A DNA stretch of 64,000 nucleotides from Candidatus Rokuibacteriota bacterium (GTDB lineage: Bacteria; Methylomirabilota; Methylomirabilia; Rokubacteriales; CSP1-6), in contig JACPCF010000059.1 in NCBI GenBank assembly GCA_016179965.1, positions 972-64,971 of the forward strand, in the 5' to 3' direction. Numbering within the stretch: the first letter of the stretch is position 1; each line of letters opens with the position of its first letter. The notes beneath the pieces were generated by a model. It saw nothing but the letters and a program-made list of their open reading frames with translations, was not told the DNA's origin and ran no database searches. Of this stretch, positions 27,801 to 36,968 are shown in pieces. The position numbers were made by a program, and so were the translations under genes.

Positions 27801-29258
27801 ATGAGTCTGACCCCCCTGCGCACCGCCGCGACGACCGGCCTCGCGTTGAGCCTGCTGCTGAGCTGGACCGGGCCCGGTCGGGCCGAGCGGACGCTCTCAG
27901 TCCAGGAAGCCATCCTCCGGGCCAAGCCCGCCGTTGCCCTCGTCGTGGCGGAGGTCGTGGCCGAGGTTCGGCTGAACTGCGGGAGCGGCGAGATCCAGCA
28001 CACGCCTCCCCCCTTCAGGGAGACCGGCACCGGGTGGTTCATTGACGCGCGGGGGTTCATCATCACGAACGGTCACGTCGTCCAGCCAGCCCACACCCCG
28101 CCCCGGTGGATGGTCAACTCGTTCGCCAAGCGGGCCATCGAGTCCGCCTGCGTGCCGGCCATCCTCAAGCGGATGGGGATCGCCCCCGGCGAGCGCCCCG
28201 TCGCCGAGGACCAGGTCAAGCGGCAGGCCCTCGACAGCGTCCTGCCCTCCACGAAGGTCAAGCTGGACCCGGGCATCTTCGTCGTCCTCTCCAACGGCAC
28301 GCGCGTGCGCGCCGAGGTGAAAAAGTACAGCCCGCCGCTCTCCGTGGGGGACGATCCGGAAGGCAAGATGTCCGGCCGGGACCTGGCCCTCCTGAAAATC
28401 CCGGGGAAGGACTTCCCGATCCTGCCGCTGGCGGACTCGAAGGCCGCCAAGATCGGCGACCCGATCCACATCCTGGGCTTTCCCGGGGTGGTGCTGAGCC
28501 ACGAGCTCCTGAACCAATCCGCCACCGTTGAGGCCTCCGTCACCAACGGCGCCGTCTCGGGCTTCAAGCAGGACAAGGCGAACCAGCCCGTGATCCAGAC
28601 CGACGCCCCCGCGGCCTGGGGCAACAGCGGCGGGCCGGCCGTCACGGCCAGAGGCGAGATGGTGGGGGTGCTGACCTTCGTCTCCCTCGCCCCGGGGCCC
28701 GAGGGCGGAATCGTCCAGGGCTTCAACTTCATCATCCCGTCGAACGCGGTCCGGGACTTCATCCAGGGGACGGAGGTGAAGGTCAGCGCCGAGAGCCCCT
28801 TCAACAAGGTCTGGTGGGCCGGGCTCGTGGAAGAGTTCGACGGCAACTACAAGGCCGCCGAGCGGTACTTCAGCGAGGCGAACAAGCTCGTCCCCAACCT
28901 CCCCGACGTCAAGCGGATGCTCGCGGAGGCCCAGGACAAGATCAAGAACCCGCCGCCGCGGCCGTTCCCCTGGGCGTGGGTCACACTCGCCGTCACGCTC
29001 ACGAGCCTCGGCAGCTATGGCGCCATGTGGGGGCGCAAGTGGCGGAAGAATCGCTACCGCGTGGCCCCCTCCGTGGTCATCCGTCTCCTGGAGGAGGGCA
29101 AGAATCCCCTGGTCCTCGACGTGAGGAAGCCGTCCGCCTTCGAGACGAGCCCCCTCAAGGTCCCCGGGGCCCTGTACGTCTCCCCCGACGACCTCGACGC
29201 GGGCAAGTTCGACATCGAGGTCGAGCCCAACCGCACCGTCATCGCCTACTGCACCTGA
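27801..29258 (+). CDS. Trypsin-like (S1/HtrA-type, no PDZ) serine protease with a signal peptide, one C-proximal TM helix and a C-terminal rhodanese domain ending at an in-frame TGA.
   Basis: The catalytic triad context is TNGHVV / DLALLKI / GNSGGPAV. The TM segment is WAWVTLAVTLTSLGSYGAMWG. The rhodanese N-terminal part is LVLDVRKPSAFE…VIAYCT, then TGA. A TATAGAAT -10-like box lies 8 nt upstream of the ATG. Confidence 0.75.
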   Translation: MSLTPLRTAATTGLALSLLLSWTGPGRAERTLSVQEAILRAKPAVALVVAEVVAEVRLNCGSGEIQHTPPPFRETGTGWFIDARGFIITNGHVVQPAHTPPRWMVNSFAKRAIESACVPAILKRMGIAPGERPVAEDQVKRQALDSVLPSTKVKLDPGIFVVLSNGTRVRAEVKKYSPPLSVGDDPEGKMSGRDLALLKIPGKDFPILPLADSKAAKIGDPIHILGFPGVVLSHELLNQSATVEASVTNGAVSGFKQDKANQPVIQTDAPAAWGNSGGPAVTARGEMVGVLTFVSLAPGPEGGIVQGFNFIIPSNAVRDFIQGTEVKVSAESPFNKVWWAGLVEEFDGNYKAAERYFSEANKLVPNLPDVKRMLAEAQDKIKNPPPRPFPWAWVTLAVTLTSLGSYGAMWGRKWRKNRYRVAPSVVIRLLEEGKNPLVLDVRKPSAFETSPLKVPGALYVSPDDLDAGKFDIEVEPNRTVIAYCT

Positions 29259-29438
29259 CCCGACGAAGTCACGAGCGCCAGGATGGCGCAAAAGCTCAGG
29301 CGGATGGGCTACAAGGATGTCAAGATCCTGAAGGGTGGCCTCGGGGCCTGGGCCAACGCGGGCCTTCCGCTCGAGGCCAAAGCCGGCCTGCCGACGATCG
29401 GCGTCGAGCTCTACAAGAGCATGCTCGGAAGCGTCTGA
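29259..29438 (+). other. In-frame continuation of the rhodanese domain after the TGA (PDEVTSARMAQKLRRMGYKDVKILKGGLGAWANAGLPLE…).
   Basis: It has the same frame as the protease ORF. It aligns to the C-terminal half of single-domain rhodaneses (helix after the active-site loop, plus the GGxxAW motif). Confidence 0.55.
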
Positions 29439-29447
29439 GCTGCGCGC

Positions 29448-30200
29448 TCAGACCAGCCGCTGGCGGATCCGCGACGACGTGAAGTCCACCGCCATGACCA
29501 GCGCGATCAGAAGCAGCAGCACCGTGGACGCCGCCGGATAGTTGAGCATTCTCAAGTACGTCTGGATGTAGAAGCCGATCCCCCCCGCCCCCACGAACCC
29601 CAGGATCGCCGCCGCCCGGATGTTGGTCTCCAAACGGTAGAGGGTGAACGAGACGAAAAGCGGCAGCAGCTGGGGGACGACGCCCCAGCGCAGCACCTGA
29701 AGCCGCGTGGCGCCCGCGGCGGTCACCGCCTCCACGGGACCCGGGTCAATGGCCTCGATCGCCTCCGAGTAGAGCTTCGCCAGGATCATCGTGGTGTACG
29801 CCACGACCGCCAGCACCCCCGGAAACGGGCCCAGTCCCACGGCGGCGACGAAGAAGAGCGCATAGACGAGCGTGTCGATGGCCCGGAGCGCGTTGAGCAC
29901 CGAGCGCGCCCCGTAGAAGAGCCACGCCGGGGTCACGTTGCGGGCGGCCACGAAGCCCAGGGGAAGCGCCGCCACGGCGGCCACGGCGGTTCCCACCACC
30001 GCGATCTGAAGGGTCTGGAGCGCCCCCCGTGCCGCATTGCCGAGCACGGAGAGGTCGGGCGGGACCATGCGCCGCAGGAAATCGGCCATGAACGGGAGCC
30101 CCTCGACGATCCGGGGAAGGGACAGCTCCGTCTCCCAGGCCGACCAGAGGAAGAGGGCCAGGACACCCGCGAGCGTCGTCCACCGGCGTGCCGTCCTCAT
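29448..30200 (-). CDS. phnE: Phosphonate-type ABC transporter permease (PhnE family).
   Basis: It is 250 aa with six TM segments and an EAA-like loop. Its start overlaps the phnC stop as ATGA. Confidence 0.75.
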   Translation of the reverse strand: MRTARRWTTLAGVLALFLWSAWETELSLPRIVEGLPFMADFLRRMVPPDLSVLGNAARGALQTLQIAVVGTAVAAVAALPLGFVAARNVTPAWLFYGARSVLNALRAIDTLVYALFFVAAVGLGPFPGVLAVVAYTTMILAKLYSEAIEAIDPGPVEAVTAAGATRLQVLRWGVVPQLLPLFVSFTLYRLETNIRAAAILGFVGAGGIGFYIQTYLRMLNYPAASTVLLLLIALVMAVDFTSSRIRQRLV

Positions 30201-30940
30201 CGCGTTCCACCTCCAAAGATGGCGTCCACGATCTCGTCGGTGACCCCGGCCGCGCCGCCGTCGTAGACGACGCAGCCATCGCGGAGCCCAATGACCCGCT
30301 GGCCGTACGCCAGGGCGAGGTCCATCACGTGCAGCGTGGTGATCACGGTGATGCCGTCCTCGCGGTTGATCTGGCGCAGCAGGTCCATCACGGTCCGGGA
30401 AAGCGCTGGGTCCAGGCTCGCCATCGGCTCGTCGGCCAGGATAATGCGGGGCTCCTGGACCAGCGCCCGCGCGATCGCCACCCGCTGCTGCTGACCGCCG
30501 GACAGCGTGTCGGCGCGCCGGTGAGCGAGCTCCGCCAGCCCCACGCGGGCCAGGACGGCGTCGGCCAGGACGCGGTCGCGCCGCGGGAATGACCCCACGA
30601 GGGAGCGCAGGGGGGGGACGTGCGACAACCGGCCCACCAGGACGTTGTCGAGGACCGACAGGCGCTTGATCAGGTTGAACTGCTGGAAGACGAAGCCGAT
30701 CCGGGCGATGAGGCGCCGGCGGGCTTCCCCCCGCGCCGCCGTGAGGCTCCGGCCGTCCACGAGGATCTCCCCGGAAGTGGACGCCACCAAGCCGTTCAGG
30801 CAGCGGAGCAGGCTCGACTTGCCCGCCCCGCTGGGCCCGATGACCGTCACGAACTGGCCGTCGGGAACTTCCAGCGAGACCTCCCGCAGCGCGACGGTGT
30901 TCGGCGGGTAGATCTTGGTGAGGGCGTGGACCTCGATCAC
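30197..30940 (-). CDS. phnC: Phosphonate-type ABC transporter ATP-binding protein (PhnC family).
   Basis: Walker A (GPSGAGKSSLLRCLNG), the LSGGQQQR signature and Walker B are present. The GTG start overlaps the HIT gene stop as GTGA. Confidence 0.75.
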   Translation of the reverse strand: MIEVHALTKIYPPNTVALREVSLEVPDGQFVTVIGPSGAGKSSLLRCLNGLVASTSGEILVDGRSLTAARGEARRRLIARIGFVFQQFNLIKRLSVLDNVLVGRLSHVPPLRSLVGSFPRRDRVLADAVLARVGLAELAHRRADTLSGGQQQRVAIARALVQEPRIILADEPMASLDPALSRTVMDLLRQINREDGITVITTLHVMDLALAYGQRVIGLRDGCVVYDGGAAGVTDEIVDAIFGGGTR

Positions 30941-31287
30941 GCCCGGGCGACCGACTCCCCCCGCTTCCCGGCGAGAAAGTGGAGGTGGAGGTGGTACACG
31001 ACCTGGCCGCCCTCGGGCCCGCAGTGGCAGTTGACGCGGTAGCCCCGCTCCGCCACGCCCGTGGCCTCGCCGAGCCGCCGCGCCACGAGAAAGCACTTGC
31101 CGACCAGCTCGGCGTCGGCCGGCGTCAGCGTCGCCACCGACTCGATGTGGCGCTTGGGGATGATCAGGAGGTGGGTCGGCGCCTTCGGGTAGAGGTCCCG
31201 GAACGCGAGCACCTCCCCGTCCTCGTATTCGATGTCGGCGGGGCTCTCCCGCGCCACGATCTTGCAAAACATGCAGGTCCGGCTCAT
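30937..31287 (-). CDS. HIT family (histidine triad) hydrolase.
   Basis: It has the HLHLHF histidine triad and an N-terminal CxxC. It is 116 aa. Confidence 0.8.
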   Translation of the reverse strand: MSRTCMFCKIVARESPADIEYEDGEVLAFRDLYPKAPTHLLIIPKRHIESVATLTPADAELVGKCFLVARRLGEATGVAERGYRVNCHCGPEGGQVVYHLHLHFLAGKRGESVARA

Positions 31288-31305
31288 CGCGCGCCCCTCC
31301 TAGCG

Positions 31306-31311
31306 TATAAT
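31306..31311 (+). promoter_or_regulatory. Consensus -10 box (TATAAT) upstream of a small zinc-ribbon ORF.
   Basis: A perfect TATAAT lies 10 nt upstream of a GAAAGGAGG RBS. The -35 region is weak. Confidence 0.4.
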
Positions 31312-31335
31312 AGAAGGCCCGAAAGGAGGCTCGCA

Positions 31336-31449
31336 ATGGGCACGTGTCCCAAGTGCAAGCGGAGGATCCGACGCAACGGCAACCACGTCAAGCTGGGCCA
31401 GGTCTGGCACCACAAGACGTGCCCTGAGAGACCAACCAGAAAGGTCTAA
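31336..31449 (+). CDS. Small (37 aa) basic zinc-ribbon-like protein MGTCPKCKRRIRRNGNHVKLGQVWHHKTCPERPTRKV.
   Basis: It has a strong RBS with ideal spacing and a consensus -10. CxxC…HHxxC is a candidate metal-binding motif. It lies divergent from the HIT gene. Confidence 0.5.
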   Translation: MGTCPKCKRRIRRNGNHVKLGQVWHHKTCPERPTRKV

Positions 31450-31561
31450 CAATCCACCGCATGCGCGAGCGGATTCGACGACCCGACCGCAAGGGTCGGG
31501 TGCCCGCAAAGGTGGCTCGCCTACGCTCCCGCGTTCGCCCGCCTTCAGGAGGGTCGGGTCG

Positions 31562-33292
31562 TTATAAGGTGCCGCGGCCCCCGCCCCCGCGGCCCCCTCC
31601 CGAAAAGCCGCCGGAGAATCCGCTGCCCCCACCGCTCCACGAGGAGCCGCCGCTCCCCCGCGCGCTGGTCAGCCACGCCTGGTGGGCATCGCGGCCAAAA
31701 TGCCGGATGCTCCTCGCGTAGCTGGACATCGTGAAGGGCGCGTCGGACCCGTACCACGCCGGGGCGGCCACGGCAAACCCCTCTAAGTTCGAGATCCAGG
31801 CCTCCTCCACCCCCAGGGCGATGGCGTACGGGAGCCACTTGTGGAGCGTCTCGAGAGGCAGCCGCTGCAGCCGGTCCCTCTCGGCGCGCTCCAGGAACTC
31901 CTGAAACCCCAGGATCTGGAGCCTGGCCCGCGCCCCTTTGAAGGTCTTCCGTGGCATGACCCGGGCGAAGGCGAGGACCACCAGCCCGGACAGGACCAGG
32001 GCCAGGAGCAGCAGGGGCGACACATACCCTGCGAGCAGATTCTCCTCGCCCACCAACGCCAGAACCACGGGGGCCGCCACGCACACGCCGCCGATCGCCC
32101 CCCAGAAGCGCCGAACTGATTGGGGCGAGGCGAGAAAATACTTCTGCTTCACCAGATCCCGGTAGAGCTGGTCCCGGATCGGGGGGAAGATGGCCTGGGA
32201 GTCCCGCCGGATCTCGGAGAGGAGCCGATGATCCGTCACCCCGCCGTGGCCGAAGACCTGGGCGAGCACGATCACCTCGAAGTCGGCGATGTGGGGATCG
32301 CCGAGCCATGGCTTGGTGAGCGTGAAGAGGTAATCGGTCTCCTTGAAGAGCGCGCCCGTGGTGACTTGCTTGATGTGAACGTGGCCGCGGACGGCGAGGT
32401 CCACCACCGTGGCCACCACGTCGCGCGGGTGAACGATCTCGTCCACGATGGTCCCGGCCTCGCCCGGCCTGAGCCCGGCGGGAGGCTCGTACTCGGGCTT
32501 GACCGACCGCGCGCCCAGGGGATCGCGACCCAACCGGCGCCAGGCAACGAAACACCCGGCAAACACGAGGAGCGGCAGCCCGAGCCAGGGCTCATCCAGG
32601 AGAAGCCAGCCGAGCCGCTCCGCTGGCGACGGGAAGCGGACGTGCCCCTTCGGCCATCCGACCACCACCGTCAGCCCCTCCCGGATCCCCAGGGGGCGTT
32701 TGGTCCGGAACAGAAGGACCCGCTCGGCCTGATCCAGCGTATAGTCTCTGGCCGCGGCGCCGAAGGGCCCCGTGAAGGCCGTCACCCGGACCGACCCCAT
32801 GGGGACCGTCTGCGGAAGCCCCACCACGGCCTCGGCCTCCCGGATCGGCGCCGCCCACTCGGTCCCGGTGACGTTCCAGTAGAGCTCGTCGTGGGCGTCG
32901 AAGGCGAGCAGCCCGCCGCGCACGCGGTAGAGAATGGTCACGCTCCGCGTGGCATCCCGCGCCCCCGGCACCCAGGCCTTGATCTTGACGGACCTCCCCC
33001 CGTAGGAGATCTGCGTCTTCAGCGGCTTGCCCCCGTCGTCGAGGACATGAATGCGATCAACCCGGAGGTCGGAGTCAAAGCCCTGGCGGTCGTAGCGGAT
33101 CGGGATGGCGCGGGAGATCCCCTGGTGACTCCCCCGGAACGCGAACGCGATCGTCTCCTGGACCAGCAGGCTCGAGTCCGGGTTCACCTGGATCGAGACC
33201 TTGAACGCTTCGATGGAATACGAGCGGGTCTCGGCTCCCGCGGGGGCGAGCAGAAAGAAGGAGAGAAACGCGAGAAGCGCGAGCGGGCCCAT
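31562..33292 (-). CDS. DUF2207 domain-containing membrane protein (LemA-associated).
   Basis: It has a signal peptide, a large extracytoplasmic domain, TM segments and a Gly-rich C-terminal tail (GSGGSSWSGGGSGFSGGFSGGGRGGGG). It is paired with lemA as in many genomes. Confidence 0.75.
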   Translation of the reverse strand: MGPLALLAFLSFFLLAPAGAETRSYSIEAFKVSIQVNPDSSLLVQETIAFAFRGSHQGISRAIPIRYDRQGFDSDLRVDRIHVLDDGGKPLKTQISYGGRSVKIKAWVPGARDATRSVTILYRVRGGLLAFDAHDELYWNVTGTEWAAPIREAEAVVGLPQTVPMGSVRVTAFTGPFGAAARDYTLDQAERVLLFRTKRPLGIREGLTVVVGWPKGHVRFPSPAERLGWLLLDEPWLGLPLLVFAGCFVAWRRLGRDPLGARSVKPEYEPPAGLRPGEAGTIVDEIVHPRDVVATVVDLAVRGHVHIKQVTTGALFKETDYLFTLTKPWLGDPHIADFEVIVLAQVFGHGGVTDHRLLSEIRRDSQAIFPPIRDQLYRDLVKQKYFLASPQSVRRFWGAIGGVCVAAPVVLALVGEENLLAGYVSPLLLLALVLSGLVVLAFARVMPRKTFKGARARLQILGFQEFLERAERDRLQRLPLETLHKWLPYAIALGVEEAWISNLEGFAVAAPAWYGSDAPFTMSSYARSIRHFGRDAHQAWLTSARGSGGSSWSGGGSGFSGGFSGGGRGGGGRGTL

Positions 33293-33302
33293 GAGGGCCC
33301 GG

Positions 33303-33866
33303 CTACGTCCCGAACGACACGCGCGGAACCTGCCGCTCCTCCGGCCGGTCGAGCTCGAAGAACGGGCGCTTCTTGAACTGGAAGGTGGTCGCGACAAAGT
33401 TCGACGGGAAGCTCTCGATGGCGGTGTTGAGGTCGCGCACCACGGCGTTGTAGTAGCGGCGCGCGCTCTGCACCGCCTCCTCGATCTGGCCGAGGTCGGC
33501 CTGGAGCCGCTGGAAATTCTGGCTGGCCTTCAGCTCCGGGTAGGCCTCGGCCACCGCGAAGAGGTTGCGAAGGGCCTGGGTGAGCTGGTTCTCCGCCTGC
33601 GCCCGCGCCTCGGGGGTGCCCGCGGCCATGGCCGCGCTCCGCCAGCGGGTCACTTCCTCGAAGGTTTTCCTCTCGTGGGACGCGTAACCTTTCACGGTCT
33701 CAACGAGATTTGGGACCAGATCGGTACGCCGCTTCAGCTGGACGTCAATGTCCGACCACGCCTCGCCCGAGCGCTGGGTCAGCCCCACCAGCCGGTTATA
33801 GGTGGCGATGGCAAACCAGACCAGCAGGGCCAGGACGATCAGGAAGAGCCATCCGCCCAAGGTCAT
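33303..33866 (-). CDS. lemA: LemA family protein.
   Basis: It has an N-terminal TM segment and the conserved LemA core (NRLV…QLKRRTDLVPNLVETVKGYASHE…). Confidence 0.85.
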   Translation of the reverse strand: MTLGGWLFLIVLALLVWFAIATYNRLVGLTQRSGEAWSDIDVQLKRRTDLVPNLVETVKGYASHERKTFEEVTRWRSAAMAAGTPEARAQAENQLTQALRNLFAVAEAYPELKASQNFQRLQADLGQIEEAVQSARRYYNAVVRDLNTAIESFPSNFVATTFQFKKRPFFELDRPEERQVPRVSFGT

Positions 33867-33925
33867 GCCCCGTATGATAGCGGGGGCGGGAAACGAGCGT
33901 CAACGAAATTGGCGGGGGCGGACGC

Positions 33926-34129
33926 CTACCCTTCCAGGATGAAGGTGACCTCGATGGTCGCCCGGTACTCCGTGATCTTCCCCTTCTCCACGTGGGCTTT
34001 CTGTTCCAGGACGTGGAGCCCCGTGACCCCTCTCAGGGTCTTGTTGGCCCGCTTGAGCGCCGAATTCACCGCATCCTGCCACCCCCGCGGAGAGGACCCG
34101 ATGATCTTGGTGACCCGCGCGACGGCCAT
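33926..34129 (-). CDS. Dodecin family flavin-binding protein.
   Basis: It is 67 aa from M23 of the track ORF (MAVARVTKIIGSSPRGWQDAV…IEVTFILE), which is dodecin-like in length and pattern. Confidence 0.65.
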   Translation of the reverse strand: MAVARVTKIIGSSPRGWQDAVNSALKRANKTLRGVTGLHVLEQKAHVEKGKITEYRATIEVTFILEG

Positions 34130-34398
34130 AGGTGTTCCTCCTCGCCTGGAATCTGGGTTGGCCGGCACTGTAGGGGGTAACGGGGTGGCTGTCAAGAGGC
34201 AGGCGCGACTTCTGCCTCGGCTTGCCGACGACTTTGAGATAGAGCGAGATAAAGCCGATCAGGAACCGGGCGGCCCCATGCCGGCGGCTCGTGTCCCATC
34301 ATCCACTCCCTTTGAGGGTTACCCGCATGATCGTTCCATCTCGATCTACCGTCAGGGCCTTGTACTCCACCGGACGGCTCTCTTAAGCCGGATCCATC

Positions 34399-35196
34399 TC
34401 ATTCGAAGACCGGCTCACGCCCTTCGGCGTAGGCGCGGATTCCGGCCTCCAGCGTCTTCTTGGCGACCTCGGTCGTCATCGTCTCATAGAAGCACGCCGT
34501 CTCCAGCTCGAGCCCCTGGGCGAGCGGCATCTCGAGCCCCTCGTGGATCGCCCGCTTGATGTTCCGCACGGCCACGGGCGACCACCGGGCGAGCTTCTCG
34601 GCGTAGGCCAGGCTCTCGGGAAGGAGCCGGTCGGGGTCCAGCGCCCGGTGGACCAGCCCGACGCGCTCGGCCTCATCGGCGGTAAGCGCTTTGCCCTCCA
34701 GGATGAGCTCGAGCGCCTTGGCCGGCCCGAGAAGGCGCGCCATCCGCTGGGTCCCGCCGGCACCGGGCATGATTCCGAGCTGCACCTCGATCAGGCCGAT
34801 CTTCTTCGGGCCGCGGGCCATGAAGCGGAAGTCGCAAGCCAGCGCGAACTCGCAGCCGCCACCCAGCGCCTGACCGTTAATCGCCGCGATGATCACCGGC
34901 GCGCACGTTCCCAGGCGCGTGAGCGTCTGGTGCCAGAAGCGCAGGGACTGGTAGGCCTTGGGGTGGGAGGGCTCGGCGTCCCGAACGAGCTGGAGGTCGG
35001 CGTGAGCGATAAAGTAGTCCTTGACGCCGCCCGTGATCACCACCGCCCGGACCCCTTCTCGCTCCCACTCGTCGAGGAGGTCATTCAACTCGTGGAGCAT
35101 CCCTGTCCGGAGGAAGTTCCGCGGCGGGTGGTAAATTGTGACAAGCGCCACCGCCCCCCGGGGCTCCACGACGAAATACTTGGTCTTAGTCCTCAT
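34399..35196 (-). CDS. Enoyl-CoA hydratase/isomerase (crotonase) family protein.
   Basis: It has the crotonase fold signature (VVITGG…DYFIAHADL…QLGIMPGAGGTQR). Confidence 0.8.
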   Translation of the reverse strand: MRTKTKYFVVEPRGAVALVTIYHPPRNFLRTGMLHELNDLLDEWEREGVRAVVITGGVKDYFIAHADLQLVRDAEPSHPKAYQSLRFWHQTLTRLGTCAPVIIAAINGQALGGGCEFALACDFRFMARGPKKIGLIEVQLGIMPGAGGTQRMARLLGPAKALELILEGKALTADEAERVGLVHRALDPDRLLPESLAYAEKLARWSPVAVRNIKRAIHEGLEMPLAQGLELETACFYETMTTEVAKKTLEAGIRAYAEGREPVFE

Positions 35197-35970
35197 CCCG
35201 CATCTCCACTTTCGCTTGGCGCTTGGCCGCCTTGCGCTTCCTCTCCTCCGCAAGCTCGAAGCCCGCCTTGACCCGCTCCTCCCGGCTGCGACCCTCCCTC
35301 ATCCAGTCTGTTGACTCTCTTAAGGGTCGAAGTGCCCACCAACCCACTCCAGCATGGCATCACGTTCCTCGTGGTCAGGATCGCGAATCGCCTCGAGAAA
35401 GCTTTCGTACCCTCGCACGCCACCGCAGTCCTCTGGTGGGCAGGCCCGCGCGCCGCCCAGGCAGACCGGAAGGTCCGACTTCATTGAATGACGCTATTGA
35501 CTTGTCCAGGGGCGCATCTCCGGAACGGTGGATTTATCAGAGGCGGTCGCTCGCAATCAATTGCCGATTCGAACCGGCGACGTCCAGCATGGGAAGCTGG
35601 ACCGGCCGAACCCCGGTCGAGACGGCCCGGGATGAGACGGTAGACATTACCGGGCCCTTCGAGAGCTCCCCCCTCTGTCACCGCTCCCATGGCCTCCCAG
35701 ATCTTACCGCGAAAAGGGCAGCAGGAGGGCAGAACGCAGACGGGCCCGGTCCCGTCTGGCCGGGAAGTAGCCGAGCGACGACAGCCCTCGAGCCGGAATG
35801 CGAAGGATTACGGCGCGAACCGCAGCCCTGAACTGGGTGCGGGGGCTTCTGGGGAGGCAGTGGGGGGTGCCGGAGAGGCAGACTTGGAGACCGCGCGAAG
35901 CCGACAAGGCACTGAGAAAAGGGACCCTCTCCTGAAATCAGCCCTCCTCAATTCGAACGACTTCTTGAGG

Positions 35971-36606
35971 GCCTGCGAACGTACACCCGGACCACATCTC
36001 CCGCTGGGAGATCGTGGACCCGCTCCAGTTCTTCCGCACCGTCCGGGACGAGCGGGGGGCGATGGCGCGTCTGAACGACATTATCACCGCCCGCCTCCGC
36101 CAGGAGGTCGGCAAGGTGGACTTCAAGGCGATCATCCGGGAAAAGCGGGACGAGATCATGGGGACGGTGACGGGCGCCACCCGCGAGCTGGCTGCCCCGT
36201 TCGGCATCCGGGTGGTGGACGTGCGGGTCAGGCGGGCCGACCTGCCGCCCGAGGTCCAGGCGAGCGTCTTCGCCCGGATGCAGGCCGAACGGCATCGGAT
36301 CGCCATGAAATACCGGGCCGAGGGCGACGAGAAGGCCAGAGAGATCAGGGCGGAAGCCGACAAGGCGCGGGAGATCATCCTCGCCAAGGCCTACGGGGAG
36401 AGCCAGCGTCTCAGGGGCGAGGGGGATGCCCTGGCCATCACGGTCACGGGCCGGGCCTTCGGCCAGGAGCCGGAATTCCTACGGTTTCCTCAGGCCACTG
36501 GGAAAGCTACGAGCAGGTGTTCGCCGAGGGGACGACGATCATGTTGCGGCCGGACTCTGACCTCCTGCGCTACCTGCAGTCGCCCCGTGATCTCGGTCCT
36601 GCCCTC
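35971..36606 (+). pseudogene. hflC: hflC-like (SPFH/band 7 protease modulator) remnant, lacking the N-terminal ~120 aa and frameshifted near 36475.
   Basis: Frame 1 aligns to the middle and C-terminal part of HflC (…ISRWEIVDPLQFFRTVRDERGAMARLNDIITARLRQEVGK…YGESQRLRGEGDA…). A second frame carries the HflC C-terminus (…YEQVFAEGTTIMLRPDSDLLRYLQ). There is no hflK partner. Confidence 0.6.
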
Positions 36607-36968
36607 CCACGGCCGGATGGGCGTGGGCCAAAGGGGTCGGCTGGCTCCTGCGGTCGGCGTTAAGCATACTCCGGGCCAAGAGCTCCGGGCCGAAGGGGTG
36701 AAGGCGCTGCGGGCCGATCTGGGGGGCAGCTCCCCAAAGGACCTGGGCTGCGGCGGCCACGGCGGGGCCGTAGAGGCGCGGGCGGCCGGCGCGAGGCCGG
36801 GCGGTCGGGGCCGACGGGATCCGGCGGAGCAGCCGAATGGTGGCCTTACGATGGACGCCGGCGACGGTAACCACCTCGTCCAAGAGCCGGCCCTTCTCGG
36901 CCTGGGTGGCGTGGAGATAGCGCTCCCGCTGGATCGTGGCGTACTCCCGAAGGCTGGCTCGCGTCACG
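36539..36968 (-). mobile_element. N-terminal fragment (~143 aa) of an integrase-core (DDE) transposase. The N-terminal HTH region is present and the DDE domain is absent.
   Basis: A GGAGGG RBS is followed by GTG. The product VTRASLREYATIQRERYLHATQAEKGRLLDEVVTVAGVHRKATIRLLRR…RLHPFGPELLA matches the conserved N-terminus of IS481/ISNCY-like transposases. The ORF then degenerates. Confidence 0.5.

Noticed and set aside
31478-31503. An 8-bp perfect hairpin (ACCCGACC-gcaag-GGTCGGGT) downstream of the small zinc-ribbon ORF.
   Set aside because: No T-tract follows it. It may still be an RNA structure, but it cannot be called a terminator.
35193-35970. Small ORFs (35193-35423 -, 35481-35690 -, 35223-35831 +) in the gene-poor stretch.
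   Set aside because: They have no RBS or start context and no recognisable motifs. They are most likely non-coding decay products. Only the tRNA-like relic was noted.
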